Below, in pieces: positions 8,801 to 17,529 of a stretch of DNA of 21,088 nt. The stretch is from Cyanobacteria bacterium J06626_4 (GTDB lineage Bacteria > Cyanobacteriota > Cyanobacteriia > Phormidesmidales > Phormidesmidaceae). A model generated the notes under the pieces. The model was not told where the DNA came from and searched no databases. It was given only the letters and a program-made list of their open reading frames with translations. Location: the NCBI GenBank assembly GCA_038523235.1, contig JBCBJQ010000102.1, positions 1-21,088 of the forward strand, written 5' to 3'. Position numbers and translations under genes: made by a program. Position 1 is the stretch's first letter, and the number at the start of each line of letters is the position of its first letter.

Positions 8801-11716
8801 GCAAAAGAGATTGAGACAGTCAGTCAAGTCGGTGAACTAGCGCTCACGCTTTTAAACGAGTCTTCTGAGCCAGAGATTGAGGCTAGAACGAAGCTGGTAG
8901 TCGGCTCTCATCTCTATCATTGGAAGCTTCATTTTCAAGAAAGCATCCCTTTAATACAAGAAAGCTATCATGCTGCTTTAGCAATTGGTGATTTAGAGTA
9001 TGCGGGCTATAGTGCTCAAGTTATTTGCTTAGGCTCTTATTTTACGGGGCAGTCATTGATGCAGTTAGAGCCCCATGTGCAAGCCTATTGTCATGTTCTG
9101 GCACAGTTGAATCAAGTGACTGCTCTCAGATATTGTCAGCTTTATTGGCAGGTTATTTTAAACTTGCGCCACCCAAATGATGCGCCTTCTCTGCTTGTCG
9201 GGGAGGCCTTTGATGAACAAGTCGTGGTTCCTCAATTAGCGACGGCCAATGATTGGGCTGGGCTTTATCATTTCTATTGCAATAAGTTGATTCTCAACTA
9301 TCTATTTGGCAATATTTCAGACGCTCTGACAGCTGCCGAACAGGCAAGAACGCATGAGGCTTCACTGGCCGGGATGTTTATTGTTCCTACCTTTTATTTT
9401 TATGAGTCCCTGGTCATTCTAAGTAGCCATGCAGAATTACGACCTCAGCAGCCGACAACTCACTCGCAACGGATTAGCCATAATCGGGCTGCCTTAAAGT
9501 CTTGGGCCCAGAGTTCTCCGGGCAATCATCAACACCGATTTGATTTGGTAGAAGCTGAATATCATCGGGTTGTAGGCCGCAGGGCCGATGCTCTTGAACT
9601 CTACGATCGCGCCATTGCTGGCGCTAAAGTCAACGGCTATCTTCAGGAAGAAGCGCTGGCGAACGAACTGGCCGCTAGATTTTACTTGGCCTGGGGCAAG
9701 GACAAAATTGCTCAAGATTACCTCACCAATGCCTATTACGGTTATGCCCAATGGGGCGCCACGACCAAAGTCAAAGCGTTAGAGCAGCGTTATCCCAACT
9801 TGCTCGCGCCCATGTTGCATCCACAACAGTCGTCGGTATTGACAACGGAAACTGTGTTTGCTGCTGACGCTTTCGACGCCGCACTGGCAACCGATACGCA
9901 ATCCTCGACGGCTGGCAGCACCAGTATTTCTGCCGCCCTTGACTTGACTACGGTGTTGCGAGCCTCCCAGGTCCTGTCTAGCGAAATTCAGCTCGATAAG
10001 CTTTTAGCAACTTTGCTGCGCATTGTGCTGGAAACCGCTGGTGCTGATAAGGGCGCTTTGCTTATGCCGCGTGAGCAGCAGTGGTTTGTCGAGGCCGTGG
10101 CCACCGTTGATCAGCCCACACAGGTAGAGTCTGTGGCGTTATCCCAAAGCGTCGCCGTGCCCCACACTTTGATTAACACGGTCAAACACGGTCTAGAACC
10201 TGCGGTGATTATGGATGCCGCGGCCCACCCGGCCCTGACTAGTGATGCCTATGTCACCCAACATCAACCCAAGAGTCTGCTCTGTACCCCCATCCTGCAG
10301 CAGGGTAAGCTCATCGCCATTTTGTATTTAGAAAACCAGCTCACGGTTGGGGCATTCACGCGCGATCGCGTCGAGTTGTTGAATGTCCTGTGTACTCAGG
10401 CGTCTATTTCGCTCGAAAATGCTCGACTCTATACCCAAGCTCAGGAAGATCAACGGCGGCTAGTCACCTTGATGAGTAACCTGCCTGGAATGGCCTATGT
10501 GGCAGGCAACGATGAACATTGGACGATGTATTTTGCTAGCGAAGGTTGTTTTGCACTGACGGGCTACACCTCAGATGAACTCATTAATAATCGGGTCACT
10601 GACTTTGGCAGCATGATTCATGCTGATGATATTGAAGCGACGAGTCTCGAGGTCGAAGCTGCGATCGCGGCAGAACGACCCTATCGAGTGACTTATCGAA
10701 TTCGCACTAAACAAGGGCAAGAAAAATGGCTTTGGGAACAGGGACAGGCCCTTTTGGATGAAAACGGTCATCCCACCTTGTTGGAAGGGCTGATTATTGA
10801 CATCAGCGATCGCAAAGCCGCGGAAGTAGCGGTTGTGCAAAAATCACAAGCTCTGTCAGAGGCCCTGTCACAGCTACAGGGTGCTCAGCTACAGATGGTG
10901 CAAGGGGAAAAGATGGCCACTCTTGGTAACCTCGTCGCTGGTGTGGCCCATGAAATCAATAACCCGATCGGCTTTCTCAATGGCAGTATTCGCAATGCTG
11001 AAGACTACGTGCAAGATCTATTGGCGCATTTAAAAACTTATCAAGAGCTACAACCGCCGAACGATGCGGTTCAAGCCAGTGCTGAAGAAGTTGACCTGGA
11101 TTTTTTGCGAGAAGACTTGCCCCAATTGCTGAACTCAATGAAAGGAGCAACTGATCGCATCAAGGGCATTAGCACTAGTCTGCGAACATTCTCTCGTGCC
11201 GATATGGAACATAAGGTCAGAGCCAATCTCCATGAAGGTCTCGATAGCACCCTGCTGATTTTGAAGTATCGATTGAAGGCAAACGATCAACGTCCGGCCA
11301 TTGAGGTCGAACAACATTATGGTGAATTACCCGAGATCGAGTGCTTTCCGGGACAACTTAACCAGGTGTTTATGAATGTTCTGGCTAATGCCATTGATAT
11401 GTTCGACGACATGGCCCAGCAGACTACTTTTACAGACCTGAAAAATACCCCTCAGCAAATCACTATCCAAACGGCAAGGTTAGCCGACAAAAATGCAGTT
11501 GAGATCCGCATTTCTGATAACGGTCAAGGGATGTCCGATGAAGTGAAATCCAGAATATTTGACAGCTCATTTACGACTAAAGGAGTAGGTAAAGGCACGG
11601 GATTAGGGCTGGCGATCGCCCGCCAAATTGTGGTTGATACCCACGGGGGCACTCTTAACGTGCAATCTGCAGTGGGTCGAGGCACAGAGTTTTCCATTTG
11701 TCTGCCCCTCAACTAA
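5897..11716 (+). CDS. K1: hybrid Ser/Thr kinase - STAND-type ATPase - helical/TPR-like - GAF - PAS - histidine kinase (about 1939 aa from ATG 5897; ORF track starts at 5843)
   Basis: Kinase motifs VVIK, HKDIKPGN, DFS, APE. Walker A GFSGIGKT (6911-6934), Walker B LFLDDLQWAD, GNPFF, FLHDR. GAF ending YLEN...QASISLENARLY. PAS/PAC SNLPGMAY...DISDRK. H-box HEINNP (His 10949), N-box NVLANAID, DNGQG, GTGLGL. ATG 5897 aligns exactly with the K3 start (offset 11,633). Confidence 0.93.
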   Translation: MKLTASLPQNAFPTISGYTLVEQLYIGSRTAVYRAVQTVDQRSVVIKVLQREHPSFGELVQFRNQYTIAKDLPIPGIIQPLSLTSLENGYALVMEDWQALSLAKYCQQHSLTLTEVLEITLQMADILHDLGQHRVVHKDIKPGNILIRPESQQIKLIDFSIASSLPKETQEIQNPNMLEGTLAYLAPEQTGRMNRGIDYRADFYALGVTLYQLLTGTLPFISDDPLELIHGHLAKQPLPVDQVRPEVPAPVAAIVAKLMAKNAEDRYQSALGLQHDVQHCLTQWQTMGAIAAFELGQRDLSDRFLIPEKLYGREAEVQTLLEAFERVADGAAELMLVAGFSGIGKTAVVNEVHKPIVRQRGYFIKGKFDQFNHNIPLSAFVPALQDLMGQLLSESDEQLQRWKTRILAVVGENGQVLIEVMPTLEQIIGPQPPAPELAGSAAQHRFNSLFQQFIEVFTTQEHPLVLFLDDLQWADAASLQLMQLLMNDNGYLLILGAYRDNEVSAVHPLMMAVQALEKAEITVNTITLAPLGSDDINHLVADTLNCATDLAQPLTQLVNRKTQGNPFFTTQFLKALHEDGQITFNCDRRHWECDIAQVNALALTDDVVEFMAVQLQKLPAETQQVLKLAACMGNQFDLHTLVMVSEQSSADVAGTLWKARQEGLIVPTSQVHKFFQSNEQPEGENAANPAYRFLHDRIQQAAYSLIPDDQKQATHYQIGQLLRRGLADKALDGHIFDLLSQLNAGAGKITNAIEKQALANLNLRGALKAKGSTSYAAALKYCDAGIQLLADDGWETDYQLTLQLHELATESAYLCGENQIFEQYAEVVLDHADSDLDQLNVNIIKIQAYTAQNRLIEALTVAKAALKKYTVVFPAEISLEDIQQELQDTQAEFSQFTPEEIVALPKMTDAQSLAVMRLLLSVTATAYIADQTLFPLIILKMVQWSLQYGNAPSSPYAYACYGILLVNLAKEIETVSQVGELALTLLNESSEPEIEARTKLVVGSHLYHWKLHFQESIPLIQESYHAALAIGDLEYAGYSAQVICLGSYFTGQSLMQLEPHVQAYCHVLAQLNQVTALRYCQLYWQVILNLRHPNDAPSLLVGEAFDEQVVVPQLATANDWAGLYHFYCNKLILNYLFGNISDALTAAEQARTHEASLAGMFIVPTFYFYESLVILSSHAELRPQQPTTHSQRISHNRAALKSWAQSSPGNHQHRFDLVEAEYHRVVGRRADALELYDRAIAGAKVNGYLQEEALANELAARFYLAWGKDKIAQDYLTNAYYGYAQWGATTKVKALEQRYPNLLAPMLHPQQSSVLTTETVFAADAFDAALATDTQSSTAGSTSISAALDLTTVLRASQVLSSEIQLDKLLATLLRIVLETAGADKGALLMPREQQWFVEAVATVDQPTQVESVALSQSVAVPHTLINTVKHGLEPAVIMDAAAHPALTSDAYVTQHQPKSLLCTPILQQGKLIAILYLENQLTVGAFTRDRVELLNVLCTQASISLENARLYTQAQEDQRRLVTLMSNLPGMAYVAGNDEHWTMYFASEGCFALTGYTSDELINNRVTDFGSMIHADDIEATSLEVEAAIAAERPYRVTYRIRTKQGQEKWLWEQGQALLDENGHPTLLEGLIIDISDRKAAEVAVVQKSQALSEALSQLQGAQLQMVQGEKMATLGNLVAGVAHEINNPIGFLNGSIRNAEDYVQDLLAHLKTYQELQPPNDAVQASAEEVDLDFLREDLPQLLNSMKGATDRIKGISTSLRTFSRADMEHKVRANLHEGLDSTLLILKYRLKANDQRPAIEVEQHYGELPEIECFPGQLNQVFMNVLANAIDMFDDMAQQTTFTDLKNTPQQITIQTARLADKNAVEIRISDNGQGMSDEVKSRIFDSSFTTKGVGKGTGLGLAIARQIVVDTHGGTLNVQSAVGRGTEFSICLPLN

Positions 11717-11926
11717 ATGCTGTTTGACTCACGATTGAGTCCCGACCGATAGAGTCGCTTGAGGCGAAGCGTTAAGTGGGAATGCCACGCCATCAATTTG
11801 CCGGTGATCGCTCACCGCAACGATAGCAACGACACTTGATTGGGTAGTCCCACGGAGCCACAAATCGTTTGGTACATAGGCGATTTGGGCACATTTGATA
11901 CCAAGTTCTTCCGCTTCAATATCACT

Positions 11927-14900
11927 ATGAACAGCTCTACGACCTTGGCTAAATCGCTGCAACTGCCTGGTTATACGCTGGGCGAGACCCTTTATCAAGG
12001 CAATCGCACCACGGTTTATCGAGCGCTGGCGGCCTCTACTCAGCAGCCCGTGGTGATCAAAGTGCTGTCTGAGGAATACCCGAGCTTTGCTGAACTGGTG
12101 CAGTTTCGCAATCAATATGCGATCGCCCGCACGATCAAACATCCTGGCATCATCGAGCTGCACGACTTGGTTCCCCACGGCAACGGCTATGCCTTGGTCA
12201 TGGAAGACTATGGTGGCCTGGCGCTGAACTTATTTTGTCGCCGTCAACCTTTGAGCCTTGAGCTGTTTTTTGCCATCGCTCTGCAGCTAGCAGACATCTT
12301 ACACAGCCTCTACGAGCATCGGGTCATCCATAAAGACATCAAGCCCGCCAATATCTTGATTCACCCAGAGACTCACGTCATCAAGCTGATTGACCTGGCC
12401 ATTTCCACCCAACTACCCAAAGAAATTCAGCAGATTCAGAATCCCAATGGCTTAGAAGGGACGTTGGCCTACATGGCCCCCGAGCAAACCGGACGCATGA
12501 ATCGCAGTGTCGACTATCGCAGTGACTACTATTCCCTCGGTGTCACCTTCTATGAATTGCTGACCGGGCAACTCCCCTTCCAGAGTCGAGATCCTATGGA
12601 GTTGATCCATGGCCACATGGTGGTGCCACCGGTCCCCATCCGCGAGTTAAATCCAGCCATTCCCCAGTTCTTAGCTGACATGGTGACTAAGCTGATGGCC
12701 AAGAATGCGGAAGACCGATACCAGAGTGCTTTGGGGCTCAAACACGATTTGGAGCTCGCCCAGCAACAAGTACAAACCGCCACTCCAGCAGCAGTTGAGC
12801 TGGGGCTGCAAGACATCACTGAGCACTTCCTGATTCCCGAGAAGCTCTACGGCCGCGAGGTCGAGGTCGAGACCTTGCTCCAAACCTTTGACCAAATTGT
12901 CGGCCAAGAGACTGGAACACTGTCCTCTGAACTGATGCTGGTGGGCGGCTTTTCGGGGATTGGCAAGACGTCACTGATCAACGAAGTGCATAAGCCCATC
13001 GTGCAGCGACGGGGCTACTTCATTTCGGGTAAATTCGACCAGTTTCAACGCAATGTGCCCTATTCGGCCATCGTGTCGGCGCTCCAAAAGCTGGTCCAGC
13101 AATTACTGGCAGAGGACGAGCAGCAGTTTCAACTGTGGCGCGACAAGCTGCAGGCAGCACTCGGCGACAATGCCCAGGTGATCATTGAGGTGATTCCGGA
13201 AGTGGAGCTGCTGATTGGGCAACAGCCACCGGTGCCGGAGCTAGGGCCAGCCGAGTCGCAACTGCGGTTTAACGAAGTCTTTCAGAGCTTCATTCGCGTC
13301 TTTTGTGCCCCCGAGCATCCCCTGGTGATTTTTTTGGATGACTTGCAGTGGGCCGATGCCGGCACCTTGAAGCTGATTAAACTCATGCTGAGCGATTGCA
13401 CCATTACGCCCCTGTTACTGATTGGCGCTTATCGCGATAACGAGGTCAGCCCCGATCATCCCCTCATCGTCTTGGTCGAGCAGCTCCGCCGAGCGGGCGC
13501 AACGATCGCCGAGATTTTGCTGCAGCCGCTGTCTCTACACCATTTGAGCAGCCTGGTCGCCGATACCTTGCATAGCGATCGCGCGACCATTGCACCGCTG
13601 GTGCAACTCATTCACCAAAAAACTGAGGGCAATCCCTTTTTCGCCAATGAGTTTCTTAAAGCCCTCCATCAAGAGGACTTTCTGCACTTTGACTGCGAGA
13701 CTCGTCAGTGGCAGTGGGATCTCGCCCAGATTGAGGCGCGGGGCATCACCGATGACGTCGTGGAGCTGATGGTGGACAAGTTGCGCCAGCTGCCACCCGC
13801 GACGCAAACCGCGATGAGTTTAGCGGCCTGTGTGGGTGCCACCTTTGACCTATCGACACTGGCGATTATTGCCCATCAGTCTCGCGAGGCAGTGCACCAA
13901 TCCCTAGCGGCGGCGTTGCGGGCGGGGTTTGTGAACCCCACCTCTAAACTTGACCCAGAGCTCCTGATTCAGAGCTATCGCTTTGGCCACGATCGCATTC
14001 AGCAAGCGGCCTATGCCTTGATTCCGGACCAGCAGCGCCAGCAAACCCACCTGGAAATTGGGCGATCGCTGGTGCAGCAGTTAAGCCAGACGGAGCAGAG
14101 CGATCGCTGCTTTGAAATTGCCGACCACTTGAACCAGAGCGTTGACCTCATTACCGACAGCTCAGAGCGGTTAGCACTGGCGCAATTAAATCTGCAGGCT
14201 GCCCAAAAAGCGAAAACCTCTCTGGCGTACATCGCCGCGCTGGAATACGTGAGCGCGGGCACAGACCGGTTGAACGCCGACATCTGGGCTCAGGATGCGG
14301 CGTTAGGCCTGGCGCTCTATCGAGCTCGGGTCGATATTGAATATCTCTGCGGCCACTTTGACACCGCCCTGTCATGGATTGACGCCGCCCTAGCCAAAGC
14401 CCGTACAGATCTGGAAAAAGCCGACATTTACACCCAGCAGATGGTGCTGTATGTGCTCAGTGGCGATTACGTCGCCGGCGTCGAAACCACCTATAAAGCC
14501 TTTGAACACCTCGCTATCGAGGTGCCGTTGGCAAACCCTGAGGCCGAAGCTCAGCGGTTGCGGGGAAAAATCAATGCCTATCGGGAAGATCACGCGATCG
14601 ATGACCTGATGACGCTGCCTCGCATGACCGACCCGGCCAAAATGCTGGCCATGAAGCTGCTGGATGAGCTCCTGCCCGCCACTTATGTCGCTAAACCGGA
14701 ACTGTTTTCCTGGGTGATTGCTCAACTGGTGGTGTACTCCATTGAGTACGGCCTCCATCCCAGCAGCTTCCATGGGTTTTCTTGCTATGGCATGTTGCTG
14801 GTGTTTGAGGAAAATTATCCCGACGCCTATGCCTTTGGCAATATCGCCCTACAGCTAGCTCAAGCGTGGAATGAGCATTTGCAAATCAGCCGCACGGCCC

Positions 14901-17269
14901 ATGTCCTCAGCGCCTTTTTGATGAGCTGGGTCAAGCCGGTACGCCTTTCTGACGATATTCAACGGCTCGTCAAAGCTGACCTCACCTATATGGGTTATAG
15001 CCACGCAGAATGCTTTGGCAACAAGCTGCTAGGGGGCTTCACGATCGAGGCGATGCTGGATGAAGTCCGCGTCATCGATCATGACTTGGCAGCCTTTGAA
15101 AACAAGTACACCGAAGTGATCAATGCCGTTTTCCGGTTCTCGCTGCTGACGCTGCAGGGGACTCCAGAGGAGCAGATTCGCTGCGATGGCAAACTCTGGA
15201 CAGAAGCTGATTTTCTGGCGGAATGCGAGGCCCAACAGTGGATCGCAGGGATTTGTACTCACTACATCTTGCGATCGCTCACCAGCTATCTCAGCGGCGA
15301 CTACGCCACCGCCTACACCTGCACCCGCGAAGCCGAAGCTCGCATCCTCAGCCGCCGTGCAGGCATGATCGTCCCCGTTTTCTACCTGACCCACTGCTTG
15401 GTCTTAGCGGCCAACTATCGGGATCGCCCCACTGAGCAGTCCGCCATCTTAGCAGAACTCCACACCCGCCTAGAACAGCTCCAGACCTGGCGTGATCACT
15501 GCCCGGATAACTTCGACGCGATTTATCAGTTGGTGGCAGCCGAAATCGCCCGGCTGGAACAGCAACCCATGGTCGCCATGACCCACTACGATCGCGCCAT
15601 CACCGCGGCTCGTCAGTATGGTTACATCCATCAGGAAGCGATCGCTAACGAGTGCGCCGCGCGGTTTTGGTTGAGTCAAGCTAAGCCAGACTTTGCCCAG
15701 CTTTATTTAGTGCGCGCCTACTATGCCTACCAGCAATGGGGGGCGATCGCTCAGGTGAAGTATTTGCGTCATTGCCACAGCGATCTGCTGCAGTCAGTTC
15801 TCACTCAGGATGCCATCAATCTGACGACAGAAGGCACGATTATGGTCACCTCCATGGCCTCCCATAACAATTCGTCTAGTACCAGCAGCAGTAGCGCCTC
15901 CATGGCTCTAGACAAACTCTCAATTTCCCGAGCGACTCAAGCGCTCTCGAATGAAATCGAGCTCGAGGCATTGCTCACCCAGTTACTCAAGATCGTGATT
16001 GAAACTGCCGGTGCTGACTATTGTGCGGTGCTGCTCAAACCTGAAGATGAGCTGAGCGTGGCAGCCACCATGCAGGCCGGACAACCTGCCCAGTTCCTAG
16101 AAATGGTGCCCTTCGCTGACAGTGGCGTGGTCTCAGTGAGCCTGATTAATCTCGTGCGACACAGCTTGCAACCGAGCGTCATTGCTAATGCCCAAGCCCA
16201 CAGCGTTCTATCCCAAGATCCCTACATTCAAGCCCAACAGCCCCAGAGTCTATTAGCGATGCCATTGCTGAAGCAAGGCAAACTGATCGGCTTGGTGTAT
16301 CTCGAAAATAAATTAACTACCGCCGCCTTTAGTGCCGATCGGGTTGAGCTCATCACGATGCTCTGTACCCAAGCTGCCATCTCGTTAGAAAATGCCTGGC
16401 TTTACCGGCAGGTAAAACAATCCCTGAACGATTTACAGCAGACTCAATTGCAGATGGTGCAGAGTGAAAAAATGTCCGCCCTCGGTGGCTTGGTCGCTGG
16501 GGTCGCCCACGAAATCAATAACCCCGTCGGCTGCATTTTGGGCAACGTGGGCGCAACCCAGGACTACATCAGTGATTTGCTGGGGCTACTCGATCTTTAC
16601 GCTGAGCAGTTTCCCGAGCCTGGGTCGGAGATCGAAGACGAGCTGGAAGAGATGGATCTTGATTACGTCCGCGAAGATCTGCCGAAGCTGATTCGCGCGA
16701 TGAAAGATAGTGGCGATCGCATTAAATCGATTAGTAGAAGTCTACGAACTTTTTCTCGAGCTGATACAGAGACAAAACAGACGTTTGATCTCCGTGAAGG
16801 CATTGAGAGTACGGTTTTGATTCTGCAACATCGCCTCAAAGCCAATGAACGACGTCCAGCGATTGAGGTCGTTACTGACTATGGCAACATTCCCCACATT
16901 GCTTGTTTTCCAGGGCAACTCAATCAGGTCTTTATGAATATACTGGCGAATGCTGTTGATGCGTTGGATGAGACTAGCTCACACCAAAGTTCTCGTGATT
17001 TAAAAGTCAAGTCCCAGTCCATTACGATTCGGACAAGGGTAGAAAAGAATTGGGTGGAGGTGGCAATATCCGATAATGGCCCAGGCATCCCAGATGAGGT
17101 GAAAACGAAGATCTTTGACCACTTATTTACTACGAAGGACATTGGCCAGGGCACCGGTTTGGGCTTAGCGATCGCTCGGCAAATTGTGGTTGAAAAACAT
17201 GGCGGTAGTCTTGAGGTGAAATCGGATTTAGGTCAGGGCAGTGAGTTCTGTATCTGTTTACCGATGTAA
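11927..17269 (+). CDS. K2: hybrid Ser/Thr kinase - STAND-type ATPase - helical/TPR-like - GAF - histidine kinase, no PAS (about 1780 aa from ATG 11927; ORF track starts at TTG 11840)
   Basis: VVIK, HKDIKPAN, DLA, APE; GFSGIGKT, IFLDDLQWAD, GNPFF, FGHDR; GAF; HEINNP (His 16508), NILANAVD, DNGPG, GTGLGL. ATG 11927 gives an N-terminus comparable to the paralogues. Confidence 0.92.
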   Translation: MNSSTTLAKSLQLPGYTLGETLYQGNRTTVYRALAASTQQPVVIKVLSEEYPSFAELVQFRNQYAIARTIKHPGIIELHDLVPHGNGYALVMEDYGGLALNLFCRRQPLSLELFFAIALQLADILHSLYEHRVIHKDIKPANILIHPETHVIKLIDLAISTQLPKEIQQIQNPNGLEGTLAYMAPEQTGRMNRSVDYRSDYYSLGVTFYELLTGQLPFQSRDPMELIHGHMVVPPVPIRELNPAIPQFLADMVTKLMAKNAEDRYQSALGLKHDLELAQQQVQTATPAAVELGLQDITEHFLIPEKLYGREVEVETLLQTFDQIVGQETGTLSSELMLVGGFSGIGKTSLINEVHKPIVQRRGYFISGKFDQFQRNVPYSAIVSALQKLVQQLLAEDEQQFQLWRDKLQAALGDNAQVIIEVIPEVELLIGQQPPVPELGPAESQLRFNEVFQSFIRVFCAPEHPLVIFLDDLQWADAGTLKLIKLMLSDCTITPLLLIGAYRDNEVSPDHPLIVLVEQLRRAGATIAEILLQPLSLHHLSSLVADTLHSDRATIAPLVQLIHQKTEGNPFFANEFLKALHQEDFLHFDCETRQWQWDLAQIEARGITDDVVELMVDKLRQLPPATQTAMSLAACVGATFDLSTLAIIAHQSREAVHQSLAAALRAGFVNPTSKLDPELLIQSYRFGHDRIQQAAYALIPDQQRQQTHLEIGRSLVQQLSQTEQSDRCFEIADHLNQSVDLITDSSERLALAQLNLQAAQKAKTSLAYIAALEYVSAGTDRLNADIWAQDAALGLALYRARVDIEYLCGHFDTALSWIDAALAKARTDLEKADIYTQQMVLYVLSGDYVAGVETTYKAFEHLAIEVPLANPEAEAQRLRGKINAYREDHAIDDLMTLPRMTDPAKMLAMKLLDELLPATYVAKPELFSWVIAQLVVYSIEYGLHPSSFHGFSCYGMLLVFEENYPDAYAFGNIALQLAQAWNEHLQISRTAHVLSAFLMSWVKPVRLSDDIQRLVKADLTYMGYSHAECFGNKLLGGFTIEAMLDEVRVIDHDLAAFENKYTEVINAVFRFSLLTLQGTPEEQIRCDGKLWTEADFLAECEAQQWIAGICTHYILRSLTSYLSGDYATAYTCTREAEARILSRRAGMIVPVFYLTHCLVLAANYRDRPTEQSAILAELHTRLEQLQTWRDHCPDNFDAIYQLVAAEIARLEQQPMVAMTHYDRAITAARQYGYIHQEAIANECAARFWLSQAKPDFAQLYLVRAYYAYQQWGAIAQVKYLRHCHSDLLQSVLTQDAINLTTEGTIMVTSMASHNNSSSTSSSSASMALDKLSISRATQALSNEIELEALLTQLLKIVIETAGADYCAVLLKPEDELSVAATMQAGQPAQFLEMVPFADSGVVSVSLINLVRHSLQPSVIANAQAHSVLSQDPYIQAQQPQSLLAMPLLKQGKLIGLVYLENKLTTAAFSADRVELITMLCTQAAISLENAWLYRQVKQSLNDLQQTQLQMVQSEKMSALGGLVAGVAHEINNPVGCILGNVGATQDYISDLLGLLDLYAEQFPEPGSEIEDELEEMDLDYVREDLPKLIRAMKDSGDRIKSISRSLRTFSRADTETKQTFDLREGIESTVLILQHRLKANERRPAIEVVTDYGNIPHIACFPGQLNQVFMNILANAVDALDETSSHQSSRDLKVKSQSITIRTRVEKNWVEVAISDNGPGIPDEVKTKIFDHLFTTKDIGQGTGLGLAIARQIVVEKHGGSLEVKSDLGQGSEFCICLPM

Positions 17270-17452
17270 GAGTAACTAGCAGATTGCCATCAAGAAACGG
17301 GGAGACTTTTGTCGGCTTTTTTGCAGGCATGAGAATTGGCGTTGCTAAAAATAAATGATTTCCATCATTTCTTCTGCCAGCCTAAAGGTTATATGGCTAG
17401 CACTGCTTAGTGTTTGAAGAACTTGAAATAACCTCTGATATTGCTGTTGTGT

Positions 17453-17505
17453 CTAAGTACGTATCGCTCAAATCTATTGGGGAACATTAGAAGCACGCCT
17501 CTCTT
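17453..17505 (+). promoter_or_regulatory. Conserved upstream block of K3, shared with K1
   Basis: Homologous to 5813-5865; 16/19 identity in the TAAGT.CG.ATCGCT.AAA core. Confidence 0.45.
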
Positions 17506-17529
17506 AAGACATGCTGCTAAACGAAACCT

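Noticed and set aside
11840..11926. TTG-initiated N-terminal extension of K2
   Set aside because: No similarity to paralogue N-termini; ATG 11927 gives a matching length.
11729..12178. 149-aa antisense ORF, and the many other 60-130 aa ORFs inside the large genes
   Set aside because: Shadow ORFs on opposite strands or frames of well-supported genes. Their mutual similarity only reflects paralogy of the sense genes.
14940..14990. About 6-aa in-frame shortening in the K2 central region relative to K1 and K3
   Set aside because: The frame is intact and the region is divergent; not evidence of inactivation.
17270..17340. Terminator after K2
   Set aside because: T-runs are present but no convincing GC-rich stem precedes them.
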